A stretch of DNA of 64,000 nt from Circinaria calcarea (GCA_051942165.1 JAVECS010000001.1:1-64000), one strand, 5' to 3'. Shown: positions 1 through 13,287, counted from the first letter of the stretch. The notes: generated from the letters alone by a model not told the origin. Numbers and translations are program-made.

Positions 1-11
1 TGGGAGCTCAC

Positions 12-584
12 TCAGTGGGGTGAAGAACCATCTATTCTTCCCACTTGTGTATCTCTCCTCCAGAACCTTCTTGGCAACTTTCTTTGCTTCCTCCCTTTGA
101 GACGGCTCCTTGAACGTATCGTTCGTTACCACCCCCTTTAATCCTTCCAACTCAAGCGTGTATCGTGTCGGCATTAGGTGATTGTAATTGATCGTCTTGA
201 TGAAAGGCTTGACTTTGCTGCGCTTCGTCTGACGGACTTTTGACATGCGGCGGGTGATTTGTGATGGGTAACGCTCAATTCCAGCAACCAGGGCGTGAGG
301 GAATGGATGGGACTTCGAACCGGTGTCGAGAGGTTGAATAATTACGACCTGAGGACGACATACAGATCAGACTTGGCTATCTAGGCAATAAATTCCAGCC
401 AAAGCGCCCTGTAGACAGAAATCTCCGGCGTAACTCGACGCTGATTCTGTAGAGCATACATACCTTTTTGCCTGCATATCTACCTCGGGTGATGATCGCA
501 ACTCGGCCAACCTTTAGGACTTTGGTTATTCGTCAGCTCTCTGACATCTTTGGCTCTGCTAGAAAACTGGAACTGACACTTCAT
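12..584 (-). CDS. RPL27: 60S ribosomal protein L27 (eL27); last exon lies beyond the window start
   Basis: Manual splice model 584-578 (ATGAAGT), 519-464, 348-12 translates to [49 protein letters not shown]...[19 protein letters not shown] donor follows at 11. Not in the ORF track. Confidence 0.96.
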
Positions 585-1003
585 GGTGGCTGATGTTACT
601 TGGAGAACGGTCAATTGCTTCTTTTCGAGATCGCAACAATTCTGTGTGGTGGGTCGGTCAGCCTTAAAGACATTATTGGTCTTCTAAGCGACTCGCGCTT
701 TTCCGAATTCACCTGCCACTTCCTACTAGCGTACTTCTGGTATGTTTACATGACTGTTTATGGAAGTCGAAAGTCAGGTACCTACGGAGTATACTCGAAG
801 TCACCTTTTTCTCGAATGGGAGCTACAAATACCTACATGAACATCGCGTGTTGGAATAGCATCCTACACGCTATTTGCACCTGAGCTCGAGGAACCATTG
901 GGATAGCCATGCAGACTTTCTAGTCGCATTCCAAGCAGCATTCCTCAATCTCGCACCCACGCTCCATTGAAGCACCATATAGCGCGTATAGCAATTTTTA
1001 ACG

Positions 1004-4000
1004 ATGCCTTCTGTGGATAGAGAAGGGTCTCGCGACCGAGGACTGGTCTTAAAGCACCGGCCCTCATTTTCCGACTCGGGCCGTTCCTCAGTTCCCATGT
1101 ATGGCCACCTCACCAGTACTGTGAATTTCCGTTCTGTGAAGAGCCCCAAGGGTTCTCGGCGTCGCGGTGACTTTTGATGTTCTGGTTATGGAATGAAGCT
1201 GACGTCTGTATTTCGTATACGCAGGTGGGACAGCTCCGACCCGGATCGCGCTCCACCGCCTCTGCCATTGAACCCTGGCGCCTCGAGTCCTGTGACAAAA
1301 AACAAGACTTCTGCAACCGTGGCCGCGGCTGCAGAAGCTCTAACGGCAAGAGCTCGAGAAAGCGCATATACTACAAATCCAATGCCAAATAGGTCTCCAG
1401 AGAAATCTTTAATCAAGGGCCAGTATCACAGGCGGATGCAAAATGCAAATGGTGGTAGCCATGATCTGAGTAGCTACCTGGACAATACACGGTCGCCAGA
1501 ACGGTCTCCAGAGAGAGCCTCACGAGCGTCTATTTTCGATGAAAACCGATCCCCGGATAGAAGCCCTACTAGGTCAGGGACGCCAACTCCTAGCACCCTG
1601 GACTGGAGTAAGGATACGCCAACCTTACGTCCCACGACTCGACCACCACCAAAAGCTATACTGGGAGAGAGCTCTCCAACGTCAGCAACTATGCTCGCCT
1701 TACAGAACACACCTACGCCTAAGGACATGGAGGCCACTCTTTCGAACATTACCACTGGGTCTTCCGCCCTTTTGCGAACTCCACAAACCTTTGATGCGTT
1801 ATCGAGCCAGATTTTGAGCCTCACGAGCATCGCGACAAATCTGCAGCGTGAGATGGCGAATCTCAGTCGAAGAAGTAAAGATAATGCAACGGATTTGCTG
1901 GGCCTGAAGCAAGCGACGAGTGCACGGGATGAAGACATAAGGCAGAGCCTGCGTGATCTAGTCACAAATCTTTCTTCACGCCTTCTGGAACCTAATGCGG
2001 ACCATGGATCCAGAAACACGAGTTACTATGGCAGAGCTCCAGGAGCCTACCTGCTTGATAACAAACCTCATGCTTCCCCGCCAGGTATTGCCAAAAGTAT
2101 ATCATTACCGCGGATCCCGAGTCCTGCGAGCTTTGCTGCGAACCTGGAAAGGGACATCGCCAGTTCGCCAACGCCATATTCCACCGATGGGGCAGCGAGT
2201 ATAGCTTTACTGGAGAAAATATTGAGAGAAATGGGAACTAAGGAAGGTCAGGAGCGTCTTCTATTTCTGTTATCCGAGACCAAGAATAAGGGGACAATCA
2301 ACGAATCAGACTCAACGGTTGTGAAGAAATTGGAAGAAATCCTTGCGTTTTTAAGGGATAAAACAGAAAGCCAAGCGCTTGTGACGCGAACGAACAACGG
2401 AAACGGCGTTGGGGATAAACCTCCCAAGCCCGAGCTTGACTACGAAACTTTACCTCCAATGCCACTGGCTAGAAGTACCAAGGATGAAAATTCCTATGGA
2501 ACTTCGAATCCGACTATGGGAATTGAGAACCGGCCATTTGCAAGTCCCCGAGCTGCTGACTTCGTTGGTGATGATATACTCAAGATGTTAAAGAGAATGA
2601 AAGATAGCATCACTGAAGGAGGTGGCCTTAGCGCCGAGGTTAAGGCTCTTGTACGCGAACTCAGGGGCGAAGTCCTAGGAATGGGTCGAGAGATCGGCCG
2701 CAAATTAGACCAAGCGGAGTCTACCCGTACCCAGCCAGATTCTAGGGGCAACGCAAATGAGTCCGGAAGTGAAGAGATTGCGAAAGTGGTAGAACAGGGT
2801 CTTGCAGAGCTAAGGGAACACATGGATGGCATGATGGCTGAACGGCGCCGGCGGTCATCTTCATCGTCGGTTTCTCGGAGAACGGTCGACAGCCAAGAGG
2901 TATACCACGCGGTAAAAACTGCTTTAAGCGAAATGCCTCTTCAGCAACAAGTCGCTGTACAGCACCCTACGTCAGGGATTGAGAGGGAAGAAATCCTGGA
3001 GGCAGTACGAGAGGCATGGGAGACCTACAAGCCTGAAATAGAGTTGCAAAATTTCGGCTTAGAGCGTGATGAAATTCTACAGTGCCTCAAGGAGGGCTTA
3101 CAGGAATATCGGCCCCAGCATGAATCAAAAGAACCTGGTGGAGCATCCTATGAGGAAGTAATGGATGCCGTGGCCAAAGGCTTGAAGCACTTTAAGCCGC
3201 CAGCGCCAGTTGAAATCGAAGCATCAATCACCAGAGAGGAGATCCTGATGACCATGAGAGAATGCTTAGAATCTTTCGAGTTCCCGTCTCTAAATATTGA
3301 ACCGCCTAGAGAGCCGGAAATAACCAGAGAAGACGTTATTGATGCTGTCAAGGAAAGTCTGTCTACACAAGCGCTAACCTCAAGAGAGATTGGGTTCAAT
3401 CGTGATGATGTTTTCGAAGCTGTCAAAGCTGGTCTTGAAGGGGCCCCTACACCCATGGCCGATGTCGGTGAGCAGGTGTTAGAGAGGATGCAAGACCTTA
3501 TTGAGGAAATGAAAGATGAGTTCAAGCAATACTCCTCAGCAAATGGTAAAGATACCGAGCAGGTCTTAGATGCGATGAAAGACGGCATGGAAGTTCTTCG
3601 AGCCGGTATCGAGACCTATGTTGATCGTGCTGCCGACGTCACCGGGAAAGATGAGATTGTCGAGACTGTCCGAGACGGACTTGAACATCTTCGAATCGAT
3701 CTTGAAGGCAGCATCGCGAACGCTCCTCGCACTTCCGAGAAGGATGAGATTACAGAAACTATAAGAGACGCACTTGAACACCTACGAATCGATCTTGAAG
3801 GCTCTATTGCTAATGCTCCTCGTAATTCCGACAAGGAGGAGATAATTGAGACCGTAAGAGATGGACTCGAGCACCTGCGCGTTGATCTAGAAAGCTCCAT
3901 TGCCAATGCTCCTCGTAGGTCCGAAACCACGAATAGCGAAGAACTACTAGATGCCATGGAAAAGGAGTTTGAGCATCTCCGGCAGACTATAGCAATTTCA

Positions 4001-7000
4001 ATGGTGAGAAATGGAGGGTCTACACCTGATAAGGAAGAACTTCTCGATGCAATTAGGGATGGGTTTGATGGTATGAAAGCAAATATTCCCAGGCCTGGAG
4101 AGCCTGAGAGCGATGCTAGAACAGTTGCTGCGATGAGAGATGAGTTCGAGCATCTTAGAGAAACACTTGCGACTACCATGGTTCGAACCGGACCTTCGGT
4201 CGACAAAGAAGAAATCGTTGAGACAATCCGGGAAGGCCTAGAGGGAATTCGTTCTGAAATGGAGAGAAGTCACGATAAACCTGAAAGCATACTCTCCAAT
4301 ACAAGTGAACTCCTGGACGCATTTAATGAGGGCTTAGACGGCTTGCGGGTAGATGTTGAAAAGATTGTCAACAAACCTTTGGACATGACACTGAATTATG
4401 AAATACTCGATACCCTCAAGGAAGGTCTTTCCAATGTCCGTGCCGACATCGACCGTCTACACACTGCTCAAGCTGAACAGGAGGAGTTGACCAGTAAGCG
4501 AGGTGGGGAAGTTGTTATCGCTGATGGAGACAGCATCCGGAGAAATGATATCGAAAACCTGGAAGTGATGATCACTCAATTAAGAATCAAGGTGGAAGCT
4601 CTAGATAGTATGCCACCGCCTCCTGCTGCTCCGCCGACAGAGCCAGCGCCAGCTAACGTTGAAGGCATGGTCATGAAGGAGGATCTTGACGGCCTGGAAG
4701 CTATGTTGAAACAGGTAAAGGCTTCTATTACGTCCCTTGCTGAACGAGAGCGGTTGCAAGATGAGAATAGTGTTACGAAGAATGACACAGACGCTATTGA
4801 AACACTATTGAGAAATACCAAGGCCAAACTTGATGATCTGGTATTCCCCGAGCCTGAATGCATGGTAAAGATTGAGCACGTTGATTCAATTGAGGCAAGT
4901 ATAAAGGGCACCCTTGAAGCTGTGGATGGGGTTGCAGCGCGGCTGGAGTCCGAGACTGCCTCTAAAGATGATATTCTTATCCTGGAATCACTTCTTAAGG
5001 AAGTCCACTCCAGTCTAGGAGAGATTAGTGAAAAAGCCGGAATAGACAACGTTGGAGACAAGGTTACCAAGAGTGACTTCGAAACGTTAGAGACCTTATG
5101 TATGGATGTCAAGACGTATATTGAGGAGCTTGTTCTGCCGGATAGCGAAACCATGCCGACCAAGGCTGAGATCGAAGGTCTTAGTGTGGCTATCAAAGAG
5201 TTCAGAGAAACAATGGAGGCTGAAGCTGATCTCACTGCCCAAGCCTTTGAAGCACGTAAGATTGAGCATGGCGGTATTGCTGATAAGATTGAAGATGTGA
5301 AGGGTTTCCTGGACGATGTTCGACAAGAACTCAAGGCAAAGATCGATGGAAATGGGCAAGGTATAGAAGGCTTGGCCAAAACGTTGGAGACGGTGAACGA
5401 TATGGTTATTGCGAGCGATGCCACTCCAACAATCAAAGAGCTAATGGAAATCGTCAACCGTGAATTTGAACGATTTCATGGCAATCATGAAGGCTACAAG
5501 CTCGATTCCGAGCAGAGTAATGCTTCACTTCTTGAGCAGCACGATGAGCACCGAAAATCAATTATCGACAACTTAAGCTCCAAGATTGATGCTCGCTTTG
5601 ACGAGATCATGACCAAGTACGATGACGCTCAACTTGCCGCCGACGCTAAAGCCGACGCCCTTCAGGACAAGGAAACCCAGCGAGCGGATACCCTTGAGAG
5701 CACTCGCATGGTGGCAGAAGATCTCAAGGCTCTCATTGACTCCTTAAGTAAAACTGTTGGTGAATCCTGCGATCGAATGGGAGAGGACAGCAAAACCGTC
5801 TTCCATCGCGTCGATGATATCGGAACGAAGCTAGACGGCTCAGTGAACATTCTCATGGCGGATGGTAAGACGAACCATCAACTTACCCGTGCGGAGGTCT
5901 CGAGAACTCTCATGGCAGTGGAAGGTGTCCACGCACATGCTGTTGAGTATCATCCCAAAATACTAGCCGCCATCAGTGATGTTTTGCATACTGTTGGACA
6001 ACATTTTGAGCAAGCACAGCGATCTTCCGAAGAAATTAAAACCAGTGTCAATGCTATACCGTCAGCCATACCTCTGCCCGCAATAACCGTACCGCTTCTT
6101 CCTCCTCCGGAGCGGGAAACACCACCCGTAGAGAAGTATGATGATTCGAAGGTTCATGCAAAGCTCGACCGACTGGTAGAGAATACTGCAGAAGCAGCAA
6201 AGGCAGCAGCACAGTTCGAGCTACTCGAGCAGATCAAATCTCAGGTGGCGGCCAGCGCGGCCGACTTCAATGCTTTCATGATAAGTCAACAAGCCATAGT
6301 TGCCGAAGCACAAGATCTAAGAGCCCGAGAAGCAGAAGAGGCGGCTATCGCCCTAGAAAAGCGTATTGCCCAAAAGGAAACTGTACAGGTAGAGATAGCC
6401 AGACTCCAAGATGAAAAGCTCATCCTATCCGCCTCCGTTGAGACGTTACGAAACGGCCAAAAGGATCTTGCCGGCCAAAAAGCTAGGCTGCAGGCTGAAG
6501 TATCGAGCCTCGAAACGGCGCTGCATATAAGGAGAGAGGAAATGCAGCTCATGGAGGCAAGGGCTGAGTGCTTGGAGAAGAGGATTCTCGAAGGGGTTTT
6601 GGATCATTCTCGTTCGCTACTGATCACTTCGAGGCCTCAATCGACTCTGAAGGGCATGAGTCTCAAACGTGTACCCAGTACAGCATCACGCGTTACCAAC
6701 ACCACCAGAACCTCCTCCATTGGGACATCGATTCCGACCACGCTTGGTAGTACAATCAGTACTGGGGTTGGCATGGCGCTAAAACGGCGGCAACCTACGC
6801 GAAACACTGCGGGTGGAGCAATCGGCAATGTGAAGGGTGACCGACGTATCCTAAGTCTGAGCACTATTGGCGCGAACCGAGGTCTTCTTCCGGAGAGAGC
6901 AATGGTTCTGGCTAATCCTTCATTGATCAGTGCCGGAGCGGGTAAGCCGAGTTCTGCATTCGGAGCTGGAGGGTTGAAGAGGAGTCACAGCGTCAAGTCC

Positions 7001-7549
7001 AACTTCCCTGTCCGCAAGACTAGTTGGGGCGGCACAAGACAAGGTGGAATGTATGCTGATGAACTCGACGAAGATGACAAGGAGAATAGCGTGCTGAATG
7101 AGGAAGACGAAGATGGAAGTGAAGGAGGAACAGAGAGGAGGACAAGTTATGGAACAGACGCAGGGACAGAGCGAAGAACAAGCTACACAGGGACCTACAC
7201 AGGAACTGGTAGTTATGGAACCGGTAGTGTGATGGACGGGGACGATGATAGAAGGACGAGCTACGCGGCGTCAACGGTAGGTACGGTTGGGAAGAGGGAA
7301 GCAGAGCACGAGAAAGTCGAGTCGGAGTCTGTGTCGGAAGAGCACGGCCGTGGTGGTGACGGTCCGAAGGAGATAGAGCCTGGCGACCAGGAGCCTGGCC
7401 TTTACGAGGGTGATATCCTGGCTGCTAACGTGGACACTGGCAATGCCGGGGAGGTGGTGGTCTTTGGCCTACCGAGTGATAGTGGGATCGGGAGTGACAT
7501 GCCGACTGCGGCATTCGATGGCAGGAGCGATTATTTCAAGCCAGGTTAA
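1004..7549 (+). CDS. Large (~2140 aa) acidic coiled-coil protein of the conserved fungal family often labelled 'chromosome segregation ATPase-like'; function unknown
   Basis: 6.3-kb ORF 1193-7549 plus an upstream exon 1004-1098 (GTATGG donor, GCTGAC branch, CAG acceptor at 1224) giving ...SSVPMWDSSDPDRAPPPLPLNP. Long heptad-rich E/L/D segments. No Walker A motif seen. Confidence 0.85.
3644..3916 (+). repeat. Intragenic tandem repeat, 3 x 93 bp (31 aa)
   Basis: Units start at 3644, 3737 and 3830: xKxEIxETxRDxLEHLRxDLExSIANAPR. Confidence 0.92.
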
Positions 7550-7930
7550 AACAGGCTGGTAGGGGTTAATTCAAGGAGCAGGTATTATCAGGGCTTATTG
7601 GACTTCTATGTTCTTACGTTAGCGCCGGTGTTTACAGGGCGCCAAAATCTTTTCTATCATTATTCGGTGCATTGTTCGAATAGCAACGCCAGTTGGAGTG
7701 TATGCATCGATCAAGGACCAGGTCCTTCGGTATATGCAATCATCAATCAATCAACATTGGACATCTGCCACGGCACCTTGTTCGTTCCAATATGCGGCTG
7801 AAGATAGTTTAGCGTAGATTTACCACTGTTGACACTCTGCTCTCGGCTACCGTACGTAGAGCTGCCAGAGCAAAGCAGGTAAACCCTTGGCGTCCGTGAC
7901 TCCATGATTTCATGATTGAGACCGGCGACA

Positions 7931-9636
7931 ATGAACGCATCAATGCAGTATCGCTACCAGCAGCAAACGCAGCGGTCGCCGCACGCTGCCTCGTCCAGAC
8001 GTGGACCAGGTAAGTAAGCTTAGACCTTTTCCCACTCGCCCCGAGCCCGCGCCCGCGCCCGCGACCCGACCCCGACCCCACCTCAAGCGATCTGCCGTTG
8101 ACGTCTAACGTGTTCCAGGGCCTATGATCGCAGGCGGCCCGCACGTGCAGTCAACAGCCTCCAACGCCCAACTACAGGCTGCACGCAATCAGGCGGCAAT
8201 GGAGATGGAACTCGCGAAGCGACGCGCCAGGAAACCGACAGACAAAAACATACCCGAAGGAGTGGAGGACATCATCATAGGAGATGGGGTCCAACAGTAC
8301 AAGGACCTCCGTGAGGTGGAAAGGAGGTTGGATGCTGTTATGATGAGGAAGAGGTTGGACCTTCAGGCCTCAAGGCAGCAAAAGTCGGAACGGTCAGAGA
8401 CCTTGCGTATCTGGATATCAAACACTGTCGAAAACCAGCCTTGGCAAGGGAGAGAACTGGACGAGAATGCCTTTGACTTTAGCACGGGAAACGAAGCAAC
8501 TTACAGGGTGAAAATTGAAGGCAGATTACTAGACGATAACGATCTACACGACGGATCGGACTCGGAAGACGAGGGAAACGAGGAGAATGTCAAGGGAGGA
8601 GCAGACAAGGACGGCGATGTCATGGAGCATGACAGCCATGAAGAGTCTCCCAAAGTAACCAAAAAACCCGCCGCTGAGAAACCCCACTATAGGCTCTCCC
8701 ACTTCTTCAAGTCGATTACTGTGGACTTTGATCGCAACAAGAACCTTCAGCCGGATGGAGCAAGCCAGATAGAGTGGAAGAAATCTCCAGTCGCCCCCAA
8801 TTCCTCAAACTCATCCCCAGCCGCCGACTTCGATTGTCTCGAATTCAGCAGAAAAAGCGATGAAAATATCCACTGTACCATCAACCTGTATCGCGATGAG
8901 ACTCCCGAGCGATACAAACTCGATAAGGCTCTAGTGGACATCTTAGATACCGAAGAGGAAACTCGAGCAGGGATAGTAATGGGCATCTGGGAGTATGTCA
9001 AAGCGATGAATTTACAACAGGATGAGGAGAAGCGTAAGATTCATTGTGATGATCGACTCAGAGCGGTAAGTTCCTTAGTGTGCGGTGAAAGTTCAGACCT
9101 CCATCTTACGGTATTGACCTGTCGAACAGCTCTTCAAGACCGACTCCATATTCTTCCCAAACATACCCGATCTTATAATCCCTCACATTTCCGCCATTGA
9201 TCCAGTCAAACTTCCGTACACCATCCGCGTTGATCCCGAACATCACTCGTCACCGACCCCGACGGTATACGACGTTCTAGTAGCTATTGACAATCCACTC
9301 CGTGCTCAGATGCAAGCCATTATCCAGAATCCAAGTTACCCGTCTACCCTCCGTCAAATATCAGCTTTAGACGACCAGTTAGCAGTGATCGTTCAAGCCA
9401 TCAACCACTCGAAAGCCAAACATGCCTTCTTCACTAGTATGAGCAAAGATCCGGCCACTTTTGTGCGTAGGTGGACCAGCAGCCAAAAGAGAGACTTGGA
9501 AGTGATCTTGGGAGAAGCCACTCGAGGTGGAGGCGAAGACGGTATGGGTGAGGAGTTTAGAAGGGGCGGAAGAGATGGGGTTTGGGGAATGGAGAATGTT
9601 AGGGAGAGTGTGGGTTTAATGGTTGCTAAGCGATGA
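7931..9636 (+). CDS. SWI/SNF-RSC complex SWIB-domain subunit (Snf12/Rsc6/Ssr3, BAF60 family)
   Basis: Exons 7931-8009, 8119-9065, 9130-9636 splice in frame. Motifs RRARKPTDKNIP, LRIWISNT, SWIB-like GIWEYVKAMNLQQDEEKRKIHCDDRL, C-terminal FFTSMSKDPATFVRRWTSSQKRDL. Confidence 0.93.
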
Positions 9637-12600
9637 TACCCGGTGAGAAGATAGAACAGTTCCACCTTGAGCTACACGAAGCGTTCTGGACAGGGGTAAA
9701 CTGGCTGGTGGCAGCAAACTTCGCCGATACTGTGAGGCTTCACATTGACTCGATTGAGTAGGTGCTGTAAGTAGATTTTCCCTCGAGTTTAGAGTTACCC
9801 CCAATCCAACAAATTCAATGGGATGGAATATGTCTGATCTGTATATGCCTTTTCATATCGGCTTGTCGTTCTTGCAGAATAATACCAGATGTCATGCAAT
9901 GGGAATTTTGTTCTGCTGCCGTTCGGGGCTACATGAGCGAGTTCATTTACATTCAGATCCAAGTACAGAACAAGTTAGCAAAATCACCCTAGCGTTCACG
10001 TCCATGTTTATTTTACCACTCGATTGAACAGATAAGACCAATCCACCGTCGATTCTGTCAGCCAGCGCTGCAAGGAAGCAAGTGAAGTTAAAACTTGATA
10101 CTCCTACTCAAACTGTCTAAGCGAATCAAAACACCCGACTGACGCGAGCCAAGCTATGGGACCCTACCGCAGTGGCTTCGATCCCAAGTCGGACCCTCGT
10201 CAAGTCTTTCGATCTTATTACACTCATCCGAGTTAGCGTCGAACCATCGCAAATAAAGGGAATAACATGGTGTACCAAGTTACTGACTTGACAGGTAAAG
10301 ATACCCTTTGCAAGGTTTCCACCTCAGACAATGTTTGCTTACGGATACTTTGATCAGCATATCGGCCTCTAGCTCGGCCTCTAGCTCGTCCGCTTTCACC
10401 TCTCCATCCCTAAAGTTGCCAACTGAAGTACGCTTGATGGATTTACAAGTACCTGGTAGTCGCTCCCAAGGCCAAACTTGACAAGATATGCATCCGCGAG
10501 CATAAGCCGGCAGATCGTGACGTCCATACCGGTACCTTGTGAGCAAACCGGCAGAGATACCGATAGCCATCCTCGGTCCTCTATACCAAGAATGAACTGG
10601 AAATTTACACATGGATACTATTATAGAAGTAAGCACAGCTAGAAATGTGAGTAAGAATATACTAATATGCCTGGGCATATATCTAGATGTTGTGATTCGA
10701 TATTTAGGGTTGATACGAATTCTAGTGGAACAAGGTCTCTACGAAGTGGCCGTTGCATCGGTACAACATGTTCTGGAATGATATCTCCTGATGTTTTCCA
10801 GTGCTTCGTAAGCGTTACAGTTATGGCCACTCACTATACCACCCAGCGACCTTTGCCTCGTGCTGGAGGCAAGTTGAAATCCAACCAGGTGAAGCGGCTA
10901 TCCGGGACACCTAAGGAAGGAATCCAAAGCCGGAAGCCCAAGGCAATTTCATTTGAGTTACGCGTGCTAGACTTGGGTTGGATTCTGAAATGAGAAGAGA
11001 AGGTCGCCTTCTCGAACTTTTCAAGGAAAACGGCGTCATGACTCTGAAAGAAATGCGCAAGCGCTGGACGGTTGAGATACGACAGGGGACTTGGCAGGGG
11101 CTACCGTCGAACAATTTGAGGCTGGGCAAATCGGGGAGGACGATGGTTAGCCCTACCCAAGCAAATAGCGCTTCCTATCTCGGACGACCCTGTGGTCCTT
11201 TGACTCCTTGGAGTTTTGCGACACTGGTCTTGCCGTTCTCGAACTGTTCTTGGAAAACTCTATTTGACACGGTGCCATCACACAACTCAATCTCTCTCAT
11301 ACATTTCTCTGCATAATGCATGACTGAGGCGGCTGCTTTAGTGGAACGTCTGTGCTAAAGGTACTATTAGGAGATGCGCACAGCATAGCCCGAGATTTGC
11401 GGTTCCCTGCTCTCAATGTGAAACGTTCTTCTTTGATTCTACTCCTCCATCGCGTCTTCGTAAGCCAACCGCATCCCGTCATCGCATAGTTCTCGCATAT
11501 GCGCTTTGATGCTATATCTACGCGAGCCACGTGAGTGGGCTCTTTGCCCCATCTGATATATGGCATTTCGGTCGATTCCCTTCAGCACGGCCAGTCGAAT
11601 CCCCTATATAACTGAAGCTATTTACAGGAATGACAAATTCCCCCCAGTCCCGGGAAGGGATCACACATGGGCCTGAGCCCCTTCCCCCCAAAAATCCCTT
11701 CTACGCCCGGAACTTGCGCGATGCGGTCCGTCCCTGTTGATCTTGTTCCATCTTGAGTGATTTTTCCAGCGTGTGCAAGGGGTATCTAGCATGCCTTGGC
11801 TTCGAGCGTCCGTGATTCCCAACAGGGGTTGGGCGGTCATCTTCTTCTGATCAATTGCTTTTTCAACCACATGCGCTTGAAACTTGGGCGCGGCAACCGA
11901 GGGAAGTCCGATCCATCCTATTTAAGTGTGATATTAGTACGGTGAGTTCCCTTTTGTTTTTCTTTGTGCTCGATAGGAAAGACGAAAAAGCATGGCTTCG
12001 AATTCAGCAAACAACCGCCATCAGCCCAATACTCCACCCGCCCTTCCTCCCCAGGAGCCGTCTGGTTCCCCTTGCCAGCCCAACGAACGTTGACGTCTCG
12101 AGCATCCGCCGCCCATTCTCCCAACCGACCAGCCATTCCTAGATCTCGACGCCTGTACCGCTACCTGAATATCCTCGACGATCTCCTCAACCTAAACCTC
12201 ATCCATCCACTACCGCACTCTCCACCCAATCTCCGCCAATACTACCGCTCCTCCGGTCTCTCTCAGGCTCCACCTCAGTGCACCTCCATCTCCTTTCCAT
12301 TCACCCCCCCAACGGGCCTTGGCTATCAGCCAAACTGCCGCACCGCCTCCACGATTCCCGCATCCGGGCCTCACCACCAGAAAAGATCCTTCCATCTCCT
12401 TCTAAGCTTCTCTTCTCACCCACGCAACCAACCATCCTTTCTCAGTCGCCACATCTCACCCCCCAAGCTTTTAACATCCGTGTCTACACACCGCGAAGAT
12501 GCCGAATCCCTATGCGCAAAACAGGGGCTTCCGGGCACAGGGTCTTCTGTTCTAGTCTCCCCCTAGAGCAGTTGACAGGGATAGCGTTTGCGAGAGCCTT

Positions 12601-13287
12601 TTTTTTTTTTCTCGATGGAGGATGAGGGAGGGGAGGTGGTAATTTGGGTTTTGATAATGGGTCCGTTGCTAGGTCACGGACATGGATATGGAACATTGGA
12701 CAAGATTGGGAACAAGGAATGGGATAAAGGGCAATGGGAAAATTGGCAGGAACAGGAAAGGGAGATAGAGGGACGGTAAAGGGAAAAGGGGGAACAAGGG
12801 AAGCAAAGGCGTTTTTTGGGAATTTTTGGCAAACGGGTATTCTATTGCAAGTGGAGTTTGCGGGGGCGTGATGGGTTTTCCTCTTTTAACTCTCTCCGTC
12901 CGATTCTTGTTGCTTTATCGTTTCTTTCGGACCTGACCGTTTGAGTTGTAATATCTACTCGTTTTTCTTGGGGATTGGCTTCGATGCGGGATTGCGGTGC
13001 GGGGCTTGGGCTATTCGATTTCGCTTCTTCTTCTTCTACTCTACTTTGTTTTGCTATTCTCATAGATGATCTTCCAGTTTGATCACGGCGATGGGGGTGC
13101 CTTGGACTCGGACAGGTGAGGTCGGCTGCAGCCTGCGTGAGATTTGTCTGTCGGATTCTTAACTCGCGCCTTGAGCTTTCCTAACGCAATCCTGCTACCC
13201 TGTGGGCAGTGTACCACGACCGGTAGCGTAACATTTTCCCTCCAGCTGGGCTCAGTTAGCCTCCCCCATCCCTACAATCCATCGACC

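Noticed and set aside
600..1416. Short ORFs in the RPL27 / coiled-coil gene spacer
   Set aside because: They overlap promoter, intron and exon sequence already explained by the spliced models; many start at non-ATG codons.
1474..6864. Long antisense ORFs (e.g. 3616-4206, 4576-5457) opposite the 2118-aa ORF
   Set aside because: Ser-rich shadow frames of a long coding sequence, with no domain features.
10160..10200. TTCGATCCC resembling a tRNA T-loop (also GTCGAATCCC near 11595)
   Set aside because: No acceptor stem, D-arm or anticodon arm could be built.
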